A stretch of DNA of 64,000 nt from the human T2T-CHM13v2.0 reference genome, Homo sapiens. The notes beneath the pieces are model-generated. The model saw only the letters and a list, made by a program, of their open reading frames with translations. It did not search any database and had not been told where the DNA came from. Positions 28,401 through 40,800 of this stretch are shown in pieces; the stretch's first letter is position 1; the number at the start of each line of letters is the position of its first letter. The stretch is taken from NCBI RefSeq assembly GCF_009914755.1, contig NC_060939.1; one strand, written 5' to 3'. Both the position numbers and the translations under genes were made by a program.

Positions 28401-28807
28401 AGCTGCTCTGTAAAAAGAAAGGTTCAACTCTGTTAGTTGAATACACACGTCACAAACAAGTTTCTGAGAATGCTTCTGTCTAGTTTTTATGGGAAGATAT
28501 TTCCTTTTTCACCGTAGGCCTCAAAGCGCTCCAAATGTCCACTTCCACATACTACAAAAAGAGTGTTTCAAACCTGCTCTATGATAGGGAATGTTGAAAC
28601 CTATGAGTTGAATGCAAGCATTACAAAGAGGTTTCTGAGAATGCTTCTGTCTAGATTTTATATGTAGATATTCCCGTTTCCAACGAAATCCTCAAAGCTA
28701 TCCAAATATCAACTTGCAGATTCTACAAAAGGAATGTTTCCAAAATGCTGTATCCAAACAAAGGTTCAACTCTGTGAATTGAGGGCATACATCACAAAGA
28801 AGATTCT

Positions 28808-31800
28808 GAGAATGCTTCTGTCTAGATTTTATATGAAAATATTCCCGTTTCCAACGAAATCCTCAAAGCTATCCAAATATCCACTTGCAAATGCCACAAA
28901 AAGAGTGTTTCCAAACTGCTCTGTGAAAAGGAAGGTTCAACTCTGTTAGTTGAGTACACACATCACAAAGAGGTTTCTGAGAATGCTGCTGACTAGTTTT
29001 TATTTGAAGATATTTCTCTTTTCACCTTAGGCCTAAGAGTGCTCGAAATGTCCATTTCCACATACTCCACAAAGTGTGTTTCAAACGTGCTGTATGAAAG
29101 GGAATGTTCAACTCTATGAGTTGAATGCAAACATCACAAAGAAGATTCTGAGAATGCTTTTGTCTAGATTTTATATGAAGATATTCCCGTGTCCAACGAA
29201 ATTTTCAAAGGTCTCCAAATATCCATTTGTAGTTTCTACAAAAAGAGTGTTTCCAAACTGCTGTATCAAAACAAAGGTTGAACTCTGTGAGTTGAGGACA
29301 CACATCACAAATAAGTTTCTGAGAATGCTTCTGTCTAGTTTTTATTTGAAGATATTTCCTTTTTCACCATAGGCCTGAAAGCGCTCGAAATGTCCACTTC
29401 CAGATAGTACAGAAAGAGTGTTTCAAACCTGCTCTATGAACGGGAATGTTCAGCTCTGTGAGTTGAATGCAAACATCACAAAGCAGGTTCTGAGAATGCT
29501 TCCGTCTAGATTTTAAATGAGGATATTCCCGTTTCCAACGAAATCCTCGAAGCTATCCAAATATCCACTTGCAGATTCCACAAAAAGAGTGTTTCAAAAC
29601 TGCTCTGTCAAAAGATAGGTTCTACTCTGTTAGTTGAGTACACACATGGCAAACAAGATTCCGAGAATGCTTTCGTCTAGTTGTTTTGGGAAGATATTTC
29701 CTTCTTCACCATAGGCCTCAAAGCGCTCCAAATATCCATTTCCACATGCTATACAAAGAGTGTCTCAAACCTGCTGTATGAATGGGAATGTTCAACTCTA
29801 TGAGTTGAATGCAAACATCACAAAGAAGTTTCTGAGAATGCTGCTGTCTAGATTTTATATGAAGGTTTTCCCGCTTCCAACGAAATTTTCAATGCTCTGA
29901 AAATATCCTCTTGTAGATTCTACAAAAAGAGTGTTTCCAAACTGCTGTGTCAAAAGAAAGGTTCAACTCTGTTAGTTGAGGACACACATCACAAATAAGT
30001 TTCTGAGAATGCTTCTGTCTAGTTCTTATTTGACGACATTTCCTTTCTCACCTTAGGCCTGAAAGCGCTCAAAATACCCACTTCCAGATACTACAGAAAC
30101 AGTGATTCAAACCTGCTCTATGAAAGGACATGTTCAACTATGTGACTTGAATGCAAACATCACAAAGCAGTTTCTGAGAATGCTGCTGTCTACTTTCTAT
30201 TTGTAATCCCGTTTCCAACGAAATCCTCAGAACTATCGAAATTTCCAATTGCAGATTCCACAGAAACAGGGTTTCAAAGCTGCTCTGTAAAAAGAAAGGT
30301 TCAACTCTGTTAGTTGAATACACACGTCACAAACAAGTTTCTGAGAATGCTTCTGTCTAGTTTTTATGGGAAGATATTTCCTTTTTCACCGTAGGCCTCA
30401 AAGCGCTCCAAATGTCCACTTCCACAAACTACAAAAAGAGTGTTTCAAACCTGCTGTATGAAAGGGAATGTTCAACTCTATGAGTTGAATGCAAACATTA
30501 CAAAGAAGTTTCTGAGAATGCTTCTGTCTAGATTTTATATGAAGGTTTTCCCGTTTCCAACGAAATTTTCAATGCTCTCAAAATATCCACTTGTAGATTC
30601 TACAAAAAGAGTGTTTCCAAACTGCTGTGTCAAAAGAAAGGTTCAACTCTGTCAGTTGAGGACACACATCACAAATAAGTTTCTGAGAATGCTTGTTTCT
30701 AGTTCTTATTTGAAGACATTTCCTTTCTCACCTTAGGCCTGAAAGCGCTCGAAATACCCACTTCCAGATACTACAGAAACAGTGATTCAAACCTGCTCTA
30801 TGAAAGGGAATGTTCAACTAGGTGACTTGAATGCAAACATCACAAAGCAGTTTCTGAGAATGCTGCTGTCTACTTTCTATTTGTAATCCCGTTTCCAACG
30901 AAATCCTCAGAACTATCGAAATTTCCAATTGCAGATTCCACAGAAACAGGGTTTCAAAGCTGCTCTGTAAAAAGAAAGGTTCAACTCTGTTAGTTGAATA
31001 CACACGTCACAAACAAGTTTCTGAGAATGCTTCTGTCTAGTTTTTATGGGAAGATATTTCCTTTTTCACCGTAGGCCTCAAAGCGCTCCAAATGTCCACT
31101 TCCACATACTGCAAAAAGAGTGTTTCAAACCTGCTGTATGAAAGGGAATGTTCAACTCTATGAGTTGAATGCAAACATTACAAAGAAGTTTCTGAGAATG
31201 CTTCTGTCTAGGTTTTATATGAAGGTTTTCCCGTTTCCAACGAAATTTTCAATGCTCTCAAAATATCCACTTGTAGATTCTACAAAAAGAGTGTTTCCAA
31301 ACTGCTGTGTCAAAAGAAAGGTTCAACTCTGTTAGTTGAGGACACACATCACAAATAAGTTTCTGAGAATGCTTCTGTCTAGTTCTTATTTGAAGACATT
31401 TCCTTTCTCACCTTAGGCCTGAAAACGCTCGAAATATCCACTTCCAGATACGACAGAAACAGTGATTCAAACCTGCTCTATGAAAGGGAATGTTCAACTA
31501 GGTGACTTGAATGCAAACATCACAAAGCAGTTTCTGAGAATGCTGCTGTCTACTTTCTATTTGTAATCCCGTTTCCAACGAAATCCTCAGAACTATCAAA
31601 ATTTCCAATTGCAGATTCCACAAAAAGCGTGTTTCAAAGCTGCTCTGTAAAAAGAAAGGTTCAACTCTGTTAGTTGAATACACACGTCACAAACAAGTTT
31701 CTGAGAATGCTTCTGTCTAGTTTTTATGGGAAGATATTTCCTTTTTCACCGTAGGCCTCAAAGCGCTCCAAATGTCCACTTCCACATACTACAAAAAGAG

Positions 31801-32044
31801 TGTTTCAAACCTGCTCTATGATAGGGAATGTTGAAACCTATGAGTTGAATGCAAACATTACAAAGAGGTTTCTGAGAATGCTTCTGTCTAGATTTTATAT
31901 GTAGATATTCCCGTTTCCAACGAAATCCTCAAAGCTATCCAAATATCAACTTGCAGATTCTACAAAAGGAATGTTTCCAAAATGCTGTATCCAAACAAAG
32001 GTTCAACTCTGTGAATTGAGGGCATACATCACAAAGAAGATTGT
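28808..32044 (-). repeat. 19-mer HOR variant
   Basis: Anchors 29076 to 32313 = 3237 bp; - strand ORFs at 30138, 30818, 31498 spaced 680 bp. Confidence 0.93.
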
Positions 32045-34601
32045 GAGAATGCTTCTGTCTAGATTTTATATGAAAATATTCCCGCTTCCAACGAAATCCT
32101 CAAAGCTATCCAAATATCCACTTGCAAATGCCACAAAAAGAGTGTTTCCAAACTGCTCTGTGAAAAGGAAGGTTCAACTCTGTTAGTTGAGTACACACAT
32201 CACAAAGAGGTTTCTGAGAATGCTGCTGACTAGTTTTTATTTGAAGATATTTCCCTTTTCACCTTAGGCCTAAGAGTGCTCGAAATGTCCATTTCCACAT
32301 ACTCCACAAAGTGTGTTTCAAACGTGCTGTATGAAAGGGAATGTTCAACTCTATGAGTTGAATGCAAACATCACAAAGAAGATTCTGAGAATGCTTTTGT
32401 CTAGATTTTATATGAAGATATTCCCGTGTCCAACGAAATTTTCAAAGGTCTCCAAATATCCATTTGTAGATTCTACAAAAAGAGTGTTTCCAAACTGCTG
32501 TATCAAAACAAAGGTTGAACTCTGTGAGTTGAGGACACACATCACAAATAAGTTTCTGAGAATGCTTCTGTCTAGTTTTTATTTGAAGATATTTCCTTTT
32601 TCACCATAGGCCTGAAAGCGCTCGAAATGTCCACTTCCAGATAGTACAGAAAGAGTGTTTCAAACCTGCTCTATGAACGGGAATGTTCAGCTCTGTGAGT
32701 TGAATGCAAACATCACAAAGCAGGTTCTGAGAATGCTTCCGTCTAGATTTTAAATGAGGATATTCCCGTTTCCAACGAAATCCTCGAAGCTATCCAAATA
32801 TCCACTTGCAGATTCCACAAAAAGAGTGTTTCAAAACTGCTCTGTCAAAAGATAGGTTCAACTCTGTTAGTTGAGTACACACATGGCAAACAAGATTCCG
32901 AGAATGCTTTCGCCTAGTTTTTTTGGGAAGATATTTCCTTCTTCACCATAGGCCTCAAAGCGCTCCAAATATCCATTTCCACATGCTATACAAAGAGTGT
33001 CTCAAACCTGCTGTATGAATGGGAATGTTCAACTCTATGAGTTGAATGCAAACATCACAAAGAAGTTTCTGAGAATGCTGCTGTCTAGATTTTATATGAA
33101 GGTTTTCCCGCTTCCAACGAAATTTTCAATGCTCTTAAAATATCCTCTTGTAGATTCTACAAAAAGAGTGTTTCCAAACTGCTGTATCAAAACAAAGGTT
33201 CATCTCTGTTAGTTGAGGACACACATAACAAATAAGTTTCTGAGAATGCTTCTGTCTAGTTCTTATTTGAAGACATTTCCTTTCTCACCTTAGGCCTGAA
33301 AGCGCTCGAAATACCCACTTCCAGATACTACAGAAACAGTGATTCAAACCTGCTCTATGAAAGGGAATGTTCAACTATGTGACTTGAATGCAAACATCAC
33401 AAAGCAGTTTCTGAGAATGCTGCTGTCTACTTTCTATTTGTAATCCCGTTTCCAACGAAATCCTCAGAACTATCGAAATTTCCAATTGCAGATTCCACAG
33501 AAACAGGGTTTCAAAGCTGCTCTGTAAAAAGAAAGGTTCAACTCTGTTAGTTGAATACACACGTCACAAACAAGTTTCTGAGAATGCTTCTGTCTAGTTT
33601 TTATGGGAAGATATTTCCTTTTTCACCGTAGGCCTCAAAGCGCTCCAAATGTCCACTTCCACATACTGCAAAAAGAGTGTTTCAAACCTGCTCTATGATA
33701 GGGAATGTTGAAACCTATGAGTTGAATGCAAACATTACAAAGAAGTTTCTGAGAATGCTTCTGTCTAGATTTTATATGAAGGTTTTCCCGTTTCCAACGA
33801 AATTTTCAATGCTCTCAAAATATCCACTTGTAGATTCTACAAAAAGAGTGTTTCCAAACTGCTGTGTCAAAAGAAAGGTTCAACTCTGTTAGTTGAGGAC
33901 ACACATCACAAATAAGTTTCTGAGAATGCTTCTGTCTAGTTCTTATTTGAAGACATTTCCTTTCTCACCTTAGGCCTGAAAACGCTCGAAATATCCACTT
34001 CCAGATACGACAGAAACAGTGATTCAAACCTGCTCTATGAAAGGGAATGTTCAACTAGGTGACTTGAATGCAAACATCACAAAGCAGTTTCTGAGAATGC
34101 TGCTGTCTACTTTCTATTTGTAATCCCGTTTCCAACGAAATCCTCAGAACTATCGAAATTTCCAATTGCAGATTCCACAGAAACAGGGTTTCAAAGCTGC
34201 TCTGTAAAAAGAAAGGTTCAACTCTGTTAGTTGAATACACACGTCACAAACAAGTTTCTGAGAATGCTTCTGTCTAGTTTTTATGGGAAGATATTTCCTT
34301 TTTCACCGTAGGCCTCAAAGCGCTCCAAATGTCCACTTCCACATACTACAAAAAGAGTGTTTCAAACCTGCTCTATGATAGGGAATGTTGAAACCTATGA
34401 GTTGAATGCAAGCATTACAAAGAGGTTTCTGAGAATGCTTCTGTCTAGATTTTATATGTAGATATTCCCGTTTCCAACGAAATCCTCAAAGCTATCCAAA
34501 TATCAACTTGCAGATTCTACAAAAGGAATGTTTCCAAAATGCTGTATCCAAACAAAGGTTCAACTCTGTGAATTGAGGGCATACATCACAAAGAAGATTC
34601 T

Positions 34602-37600
34602 GAGAATGCTTCTGTCTAGATTTTATATGAAAATATTCCCGTTTCCAACGAAATCCTCAAAGCTATCCAAATATCCACTTGCAAATGCCACAAAAAGAGT
34701 GTTTCCAAACTGCTCTGTGAAAAGGAAGGTTCAACTCTGTTAGTTGAGTACACACATCACAAAGAGGTTTCTGAGAATGCTGCTGACTAGTTTTTATTTG
34801 AAGATATTTCTCTTTTCACCTTAGGCCTAAGAGTGCTCGAAATGTCCATTTCCACATACTCCACAAAGTGTGTTTCAAACGTGCTGTATGAAAGGGAATG
34901 TTCAACTCTATGAGTTGAATGCAAACATCACAAAGAAGATTCTGAGAATGCTTTTGTCTAGATTTTATATGAAGATATTCCCGTGTCCAACGAAATTTTC
35001 AAAGGTCTCCAAATATCCATTTGTAGTTTCTACAAAAAGAGTGTTTCCAAACTGCTGTATCAAAACAAAGGTTGAACTCTGTGAGTTGAGGACACACATC
35101 ACAAATAAGTTTCTGAGAATGCTTCTGTCTAGTTTTTATTTGAAGATATTTCCTTTTTCACCATAGGCCTGAAAGCGCTCGAAATGTCCACTTCCAGATA
35201 GTACAGAAAGAGTGTTTCAAACCTGCTCTATGAACGGGAATGTTCAGCTCTGTGAGTTGAATGCAAACATCACAAAGCAGGTTCTGAGAATGCTTCCGTC
35301 TAGATTTTAAATGAGGATATTCCCGTTTCCAACGAAATCCTCGAAGCTATCCAAATATCCACTTGCAGATTCCACAAAAAGAGTGTTTCAAAACTGCTCT
35401 GTCAAAAGATAGGTTCTACTCTGTTAGTTGAGTACACACATGGCAAACAAGATTCCGAGAATGCTTTCGTCTAGTTGTTTTGGGAAGATATTTCCTTCTT
35501 CACCATAGGCCTCAAAGCGCTCCAAATATCCATTTCCACATGCTATACAAAGAGTGTCTCAAACCTGCTGTATGAATGGGAATGTTCAACTCTATGAGTT
35601 GAATGCAAACATCACAAAGAAGTTTCTGAGAATGCTGCTGTCTAGATTTTATATGAAGGTTTTCCCGCTTCCAACGAAATTTTCAATGCTCTGAAAATAT
35701 CCTCTTGTAGATTCTACAAAAAGAGTGTTTCCAAACTGCTGTGTCAAAAGAAAGGTTCAACTCTGTTAGTTGAGGACACACATCACAAATAAGTTTCTGA
35801 GAATGCTTCTGTCTAGTTCTTATTTGACGACATTTCCTTTCTCACCTTAGGCCTGAAAGCGCTCAAAATACCCACTTCCAGATACTACAGAAACAGTGAT
35901 TCAAACCTGCTCTATGAAAGGACATGTTCAACTATGTGACTTGAATGCAAACATCACAAAGCAGTTTCTGAGAATGCTGCTGTCTACTTTCTATTTGTAA
36001 TCCCGTTTCCAACGAAATCCTCAGAACTATCGAAATTTCCAATTGCAGATTCCACAGAAACAGGGTTTCAAAGCTGCTCTGTAAAAAGAAAGGTTCAACT
36101 CTGTTAGTTGAATACACACGTCACAAACAAGTTTCTGAGAATGCTTCTGTCTAGTTTTTATGGGAAGATATTTCCTTTTTCACCGTAGGCCTCAAAGCGC
36201 TCCAAATGTCCACTTCCACAAACTACAAAAAGAGTGTTTCAAACCTGCTGTATGAAAGGGAATGTTCAACTCTATGAGTTGAATGCAAACATTACAAAGA
36301 AGTTTCTGAGAATGCTTCTGTCTAGATTTTATATGAAGGTTTTCCCGTTTCCAACGAAATTTTCAATGCTCTCAAAATATCCACTTGTAGATTCTACAAA
36401 AAGAGTGTTTCCAAACTGCTGTGTCAAAAGAAAGGTTCAACTCTGTCAGTTGAGGACACACATCACAAATAAGTTTCTGAGAATGCTTGTTTCTAGTTCT
36501 TATTTGAAGACATTTCCTTTCTCACCTTAGGCCTGAAAGCGCTCGAAATACCCACTTCCAGATACTACAGAAACAGTGATTCAAACCTGCTCTATGAAAG
36601 GGAATGTTCAACTAGGTGACTTGAATGCAAACATCACAAAGCAGTTTCTGAGAATGCTGCTGTCTACTTTCTATTTGTAATCCCGTTTCCAACGAAATCC
36701 TCAGAACTATCGAAATTTCCAATTGCAGATTCCACAGAAACAGGGTTTCAAAGCTGCTCTGTAAAAAGAAAGGTTCAACTCTGTTAGTTGAATACACACG
36801 TCACAAACAAGTTTCTGAGAATGCTTCTGTCTAGTTTTTATGGGAAGATATTTCCTTTTTCACCGTAGGCCTCAAAGCGCTCCAAATGTCCACTTCCACA
36901 TACTGCAAAAAGAGTGTTTCAAACCTGCTGTATGAAAGGGAATGTTCAACTCTATGAGTTGAATGCAAACATTACAAAGAAGTTTCTGAGAATGCTTCTG
37001 TCTAGGTTTTATATGAAGGTTTTCCCGTTTCCAACGAAATTTTCAATGCTCTCAAAATATCCACTTGTAGATTCTACAAAAAGAGTGTTTCCAAACTGCT
37101 GTGTCAAAAGAAAGGTTCAACTCTGTTAGTTGAGGACACACATCACAAATAAGTTTCTGAGAATGCTTCTGTCTAGTTCTTATTTGAAGACATTTCCTTT
37201 CTCACCTTAGGCCTGAAAACGCTCGAAATATCCACTTCCAGATACGACAGAAACAGTGATTCAAACCTGCTCTATGAAAGGGAATGTTCAACTAGGTGAC
37301 TTGAATGCAAACATCACAAAGCAGTTTCTGAGAATGCTGCTGTCTACTTTCTATTTGTAATCCCGTTTCCAACGAAATCCTCAGAACTATCAAAATTTCC
37401 AATTGCAGATTCCACAAAAAGCGTGTTTCAAAGCTGCTCTGTAAAAAGAAAGGTTCAACTCTGTTAGTTGAATACACACGTCACAAACAAGTTTCTGAGA
37501 ATGCTTCTGTCTAGTTTTTATGGGAAGATATTTCCTTTTTCACCGTAGGCCTCAAAGCGCTCCAAATGTCCACTTCCACATACTACAAAAAGAGTGTTTC

Positions 37601-37838
37601 AAACCTGCTCTATGATAGGGAATGTTGAAACCTATGAGTTGAATGCAAACATTACAAAGAGGTTTCTGAGAATGCTTCTGTCTAGATTTTATATGTAGAT
37701 ATTCCCGTTTCCAACGAAATCCTCAAAGCTATCCAAATATCAACTTGCAGATTCTACAAAAGGAATGTTTCCAAAATGCTGTATCCAAACAAAGGTTCAA
37801 CTCTGTGAATTGAGGGCATACATCACAAAGAAGATTGT
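34602..37838 (-). repeat. 19-mer HOR variant (duplicate of 28808-32044)
   Basis: Anchors 34870 to 38107 = 3237 bp; carries the same private variants as the 28808 unit. Confidence 0.93.
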
Positions 37839-40800
37839 GAGAATGCTTCTGTCTAGATTTTATATGAAAATATTCCCGCTTCCAACGAAATCCTCAAAGC
37901 TATCCAAATATCCACTTGCAAATGCCACAAAAAGAGTGTTTCCAAACTGCTCTGTGAAAAGGAAGGTTCAACTCTGTTAGTTGAGTACACACATCACAAA
38001 GAGGTTTCTGAGAATGCTGCTGACTAGTTTTTATTTGAAGATATTTCCCTTTTCACCTTAGGCCTAAGAGTGCTCGAAATGTCCATTTCCACATACTCCA
38101 CAAAGTGTGTTTCAAACGTGCTGTATGAAAGGGAATGTTCAACTCTATGAGTTGAATGCAAACATCACAAAGAAGATTCTGAGAATGCTTTTGTCTAGAT
38201 TTTATATGAAGATATTCCCGTGTCCAACGAAATTTTCAAAGGTCTCCAAATATCCATTTGTAGATTCTACAAAAAGAGTGTTTCCAAACTGCTGTATCAA
38301 AACAAAGGTTGAACTCTGTGAGTTGAGGACACACATCACAAATAAGTTTCTGAGAATGCTTCTGTCTAGTTTTTATTTGAAGATATTTCCTTTTTCACCA
38401 TAGGCCTGAAAGCGCTCGAAATGTCCACTTCCAGATAGTACAGAAAGAGTGTTTCAAACCTGCTCTATGAACGGGAATGTTCAGCTCTGTGAGTTGAATG
38501 CAAACATCACAAAGCAGGTTCTGAGAATGCTTCCGTCTAGATTTTAAATGAGGATATTCCCGTTTCCAACGAAATCCTCGAAGCTATCCAAATATCCACT
38601 TGCAGATTCCACAAAAAGAGTGTTTCAAAACTGCTCTGTCAAAAGATAGGTTCAACTCTGTTAGTTGAGTACACACATGGCAAACAAGATTCCGAGAATG
38701 CTTTCGCCTAGTTTTTTTGGGAAGATATTTCCTTCTTCACCATAGGCCTCAAAGCGCTCCAAATATCCATTTCCACATGCTATACAAAGAGTGTCTCAAA
38801 CCTGCTGTATGAATGGGAATGTTCAACTCTATGAGTTGAATGCAAACATCACAAAGAAGTTTCTGAGAATGCTGCTGTCTAGATTTTATATGAAGGTTTT
38901 CCCGCTTCCAACGAAATTTTCAATGCTCTTAAAATATCCTCTTGTAGATTCTACAAAAAGAGTGTTTCCAAACTGCTGTATCAAAACAAAGGTTCATCTC
39001 TGTTAGTTGAGGACACACATAACAAATAAGTTTCTGAGAATGCTTCTGTCTAGTTCTTATTTGAAGACATTTCCTTTCTCACCTTAGGCCTGAAAGCGCT
39101 CGAAATACCCACTTCCAGATACTACAGAAACAGTGATTCAAACCTGCTCTATGAAAGGGAATGTTCAACTATGTGACTTGAATGCAAACATCACAAAGCA
39201 GTTTCTGAGAATGCTGCTGTCTACTTTCTATTTGTAATCCCGTTTCCAACGAAATCCTCAGAACTATCGAAATTTCCAATTGCAGATTCCACAGAAACAG
39301 GGTTTCAAAGCTGCTCTGTAAAAAGAAAGGTTCAACTCTGTTAGTTGAATACACACGTCACAAACAAGTTTCTGAGAATGCTTCTGTCTAGTTTTTATGG
39401 GAAGATATTTCCTTTTTCACCGTAGGCCTCAAAGCGCTCCAAATGTCCACTTCCACATACTGCAAAAAGAGTGTTTCAAACCTGCTCTATGATAGGGAAT
39501 GTTGAAACCTATGAGTTGAATGCAAACATTACAAAGAAGTTTCTGAGAATGCTTCTGTCTAGATTTTATATGAAGGTTTTCCCGTTTCCAACGAAATTTT
39601 CAATGCTCTCAAAATATCCACTTGTAGATTCTACAAAAAGAGTGTTTCCAAACTGCTGTGTCAAAAGAAAGGTTCAACTCTGTTAGTTGAGGACACACAT
39701 CACAAATAAGTTTCTGAGAATGCTTCTGTCTAGTTCTTATTTGAAGACATTTCCTTTCTCACCTTAGGCCTGAAAACGCTCGAAATATCCACTTCCAGAT
39801 ACGACAGAAACAGTGATTCAAACCTGCTCTATGAAAGGGAATGTTCAACTAGGTGACTTGAATGCAAACATCACAAAGCAGTTTCTGAGAATGCTGCTGT
39901 CTACTTTCTATTTGTAATCCCGTTTCCAACGAAATCCTCAGAACTATCAAAATTTCCAATTGCAGATTCCACAAAAAGCGTGTTTCAAAGCTGCTCTGTA
40001 AAAAGAAAGGTTCAACTCTGTTAGTTGAATACACACGTCACAAACAAGTTTCTGAGAATGCTTCTGTCTAGTTTTTATGGGAAGATATTTCCTTTTTCAC
40101 CGTAGGCCTCAAAGCGCTCCAAATGTCCACTTCCACATACTACAAAAAGAGTGTTTCAAACCTGCTCTATGATAGGGAATGTTGAAACCTATGAGTTGAA
40201 TGCAAACATTACAAAGAGGTTTCTGAGAATGCTTCTGTCTAGATTTTATATGTAGATATTCCCGTTTCCAACGAAATCCTCAAAGCTATCCAAATATCAA
40301 CTTGCACATTCTACAAAAGGAATGTTTCCAAAATGCTGTATCCAAACAAAGGTTCAACTCTGTGAATTGAGGGCATACATCACAAAGAAGATTCTGAGAA
40401 TGCTTCTGTCTAGATTTTATATGAAAATATTCCCGTTTCCAACGAAATCCTCAAAGCTATCCAAATATCCACTTGCAAATGCCACAAAAAGTGTGTTTCC
40501 AAACTGCTCTGTGAAAAGGAAGGTTCAACTCTGTTAGTTGAGTACACACATCACAAAGAGGTTTCTGAGAATGCTGCTGACTAGTTTTTATTTGAAGATA
40601 TTTCCCTTTTCACCTTAGGCCTAAGAGTGCTCGAAATGTCCATTTCCACATACTCCACAAAGTGTGTTTCAAACGTGCTGTATGAAAGGGAATGTTCAAC
40701 TCTATGAGTTGAATGCAAACATCACAAAGAAGATTCTGAGAATGCTTTTGTCTAGATTTTATATGAAGATATTCCCGTGTCCAACGAAATTTTCAAAGGT

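Larger units (their letters stand above)
27921..39948. repeat. Tandem duplication of a 34-monomer (19+15) block, period 5794 bp
   Basis: ORF pairs 28734/34528, 29076/34870, 30440/36234, 32313/38107, 33677/39471 are all offset by 5794, with more than 15 shared private variants. Confidence 0.9.
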
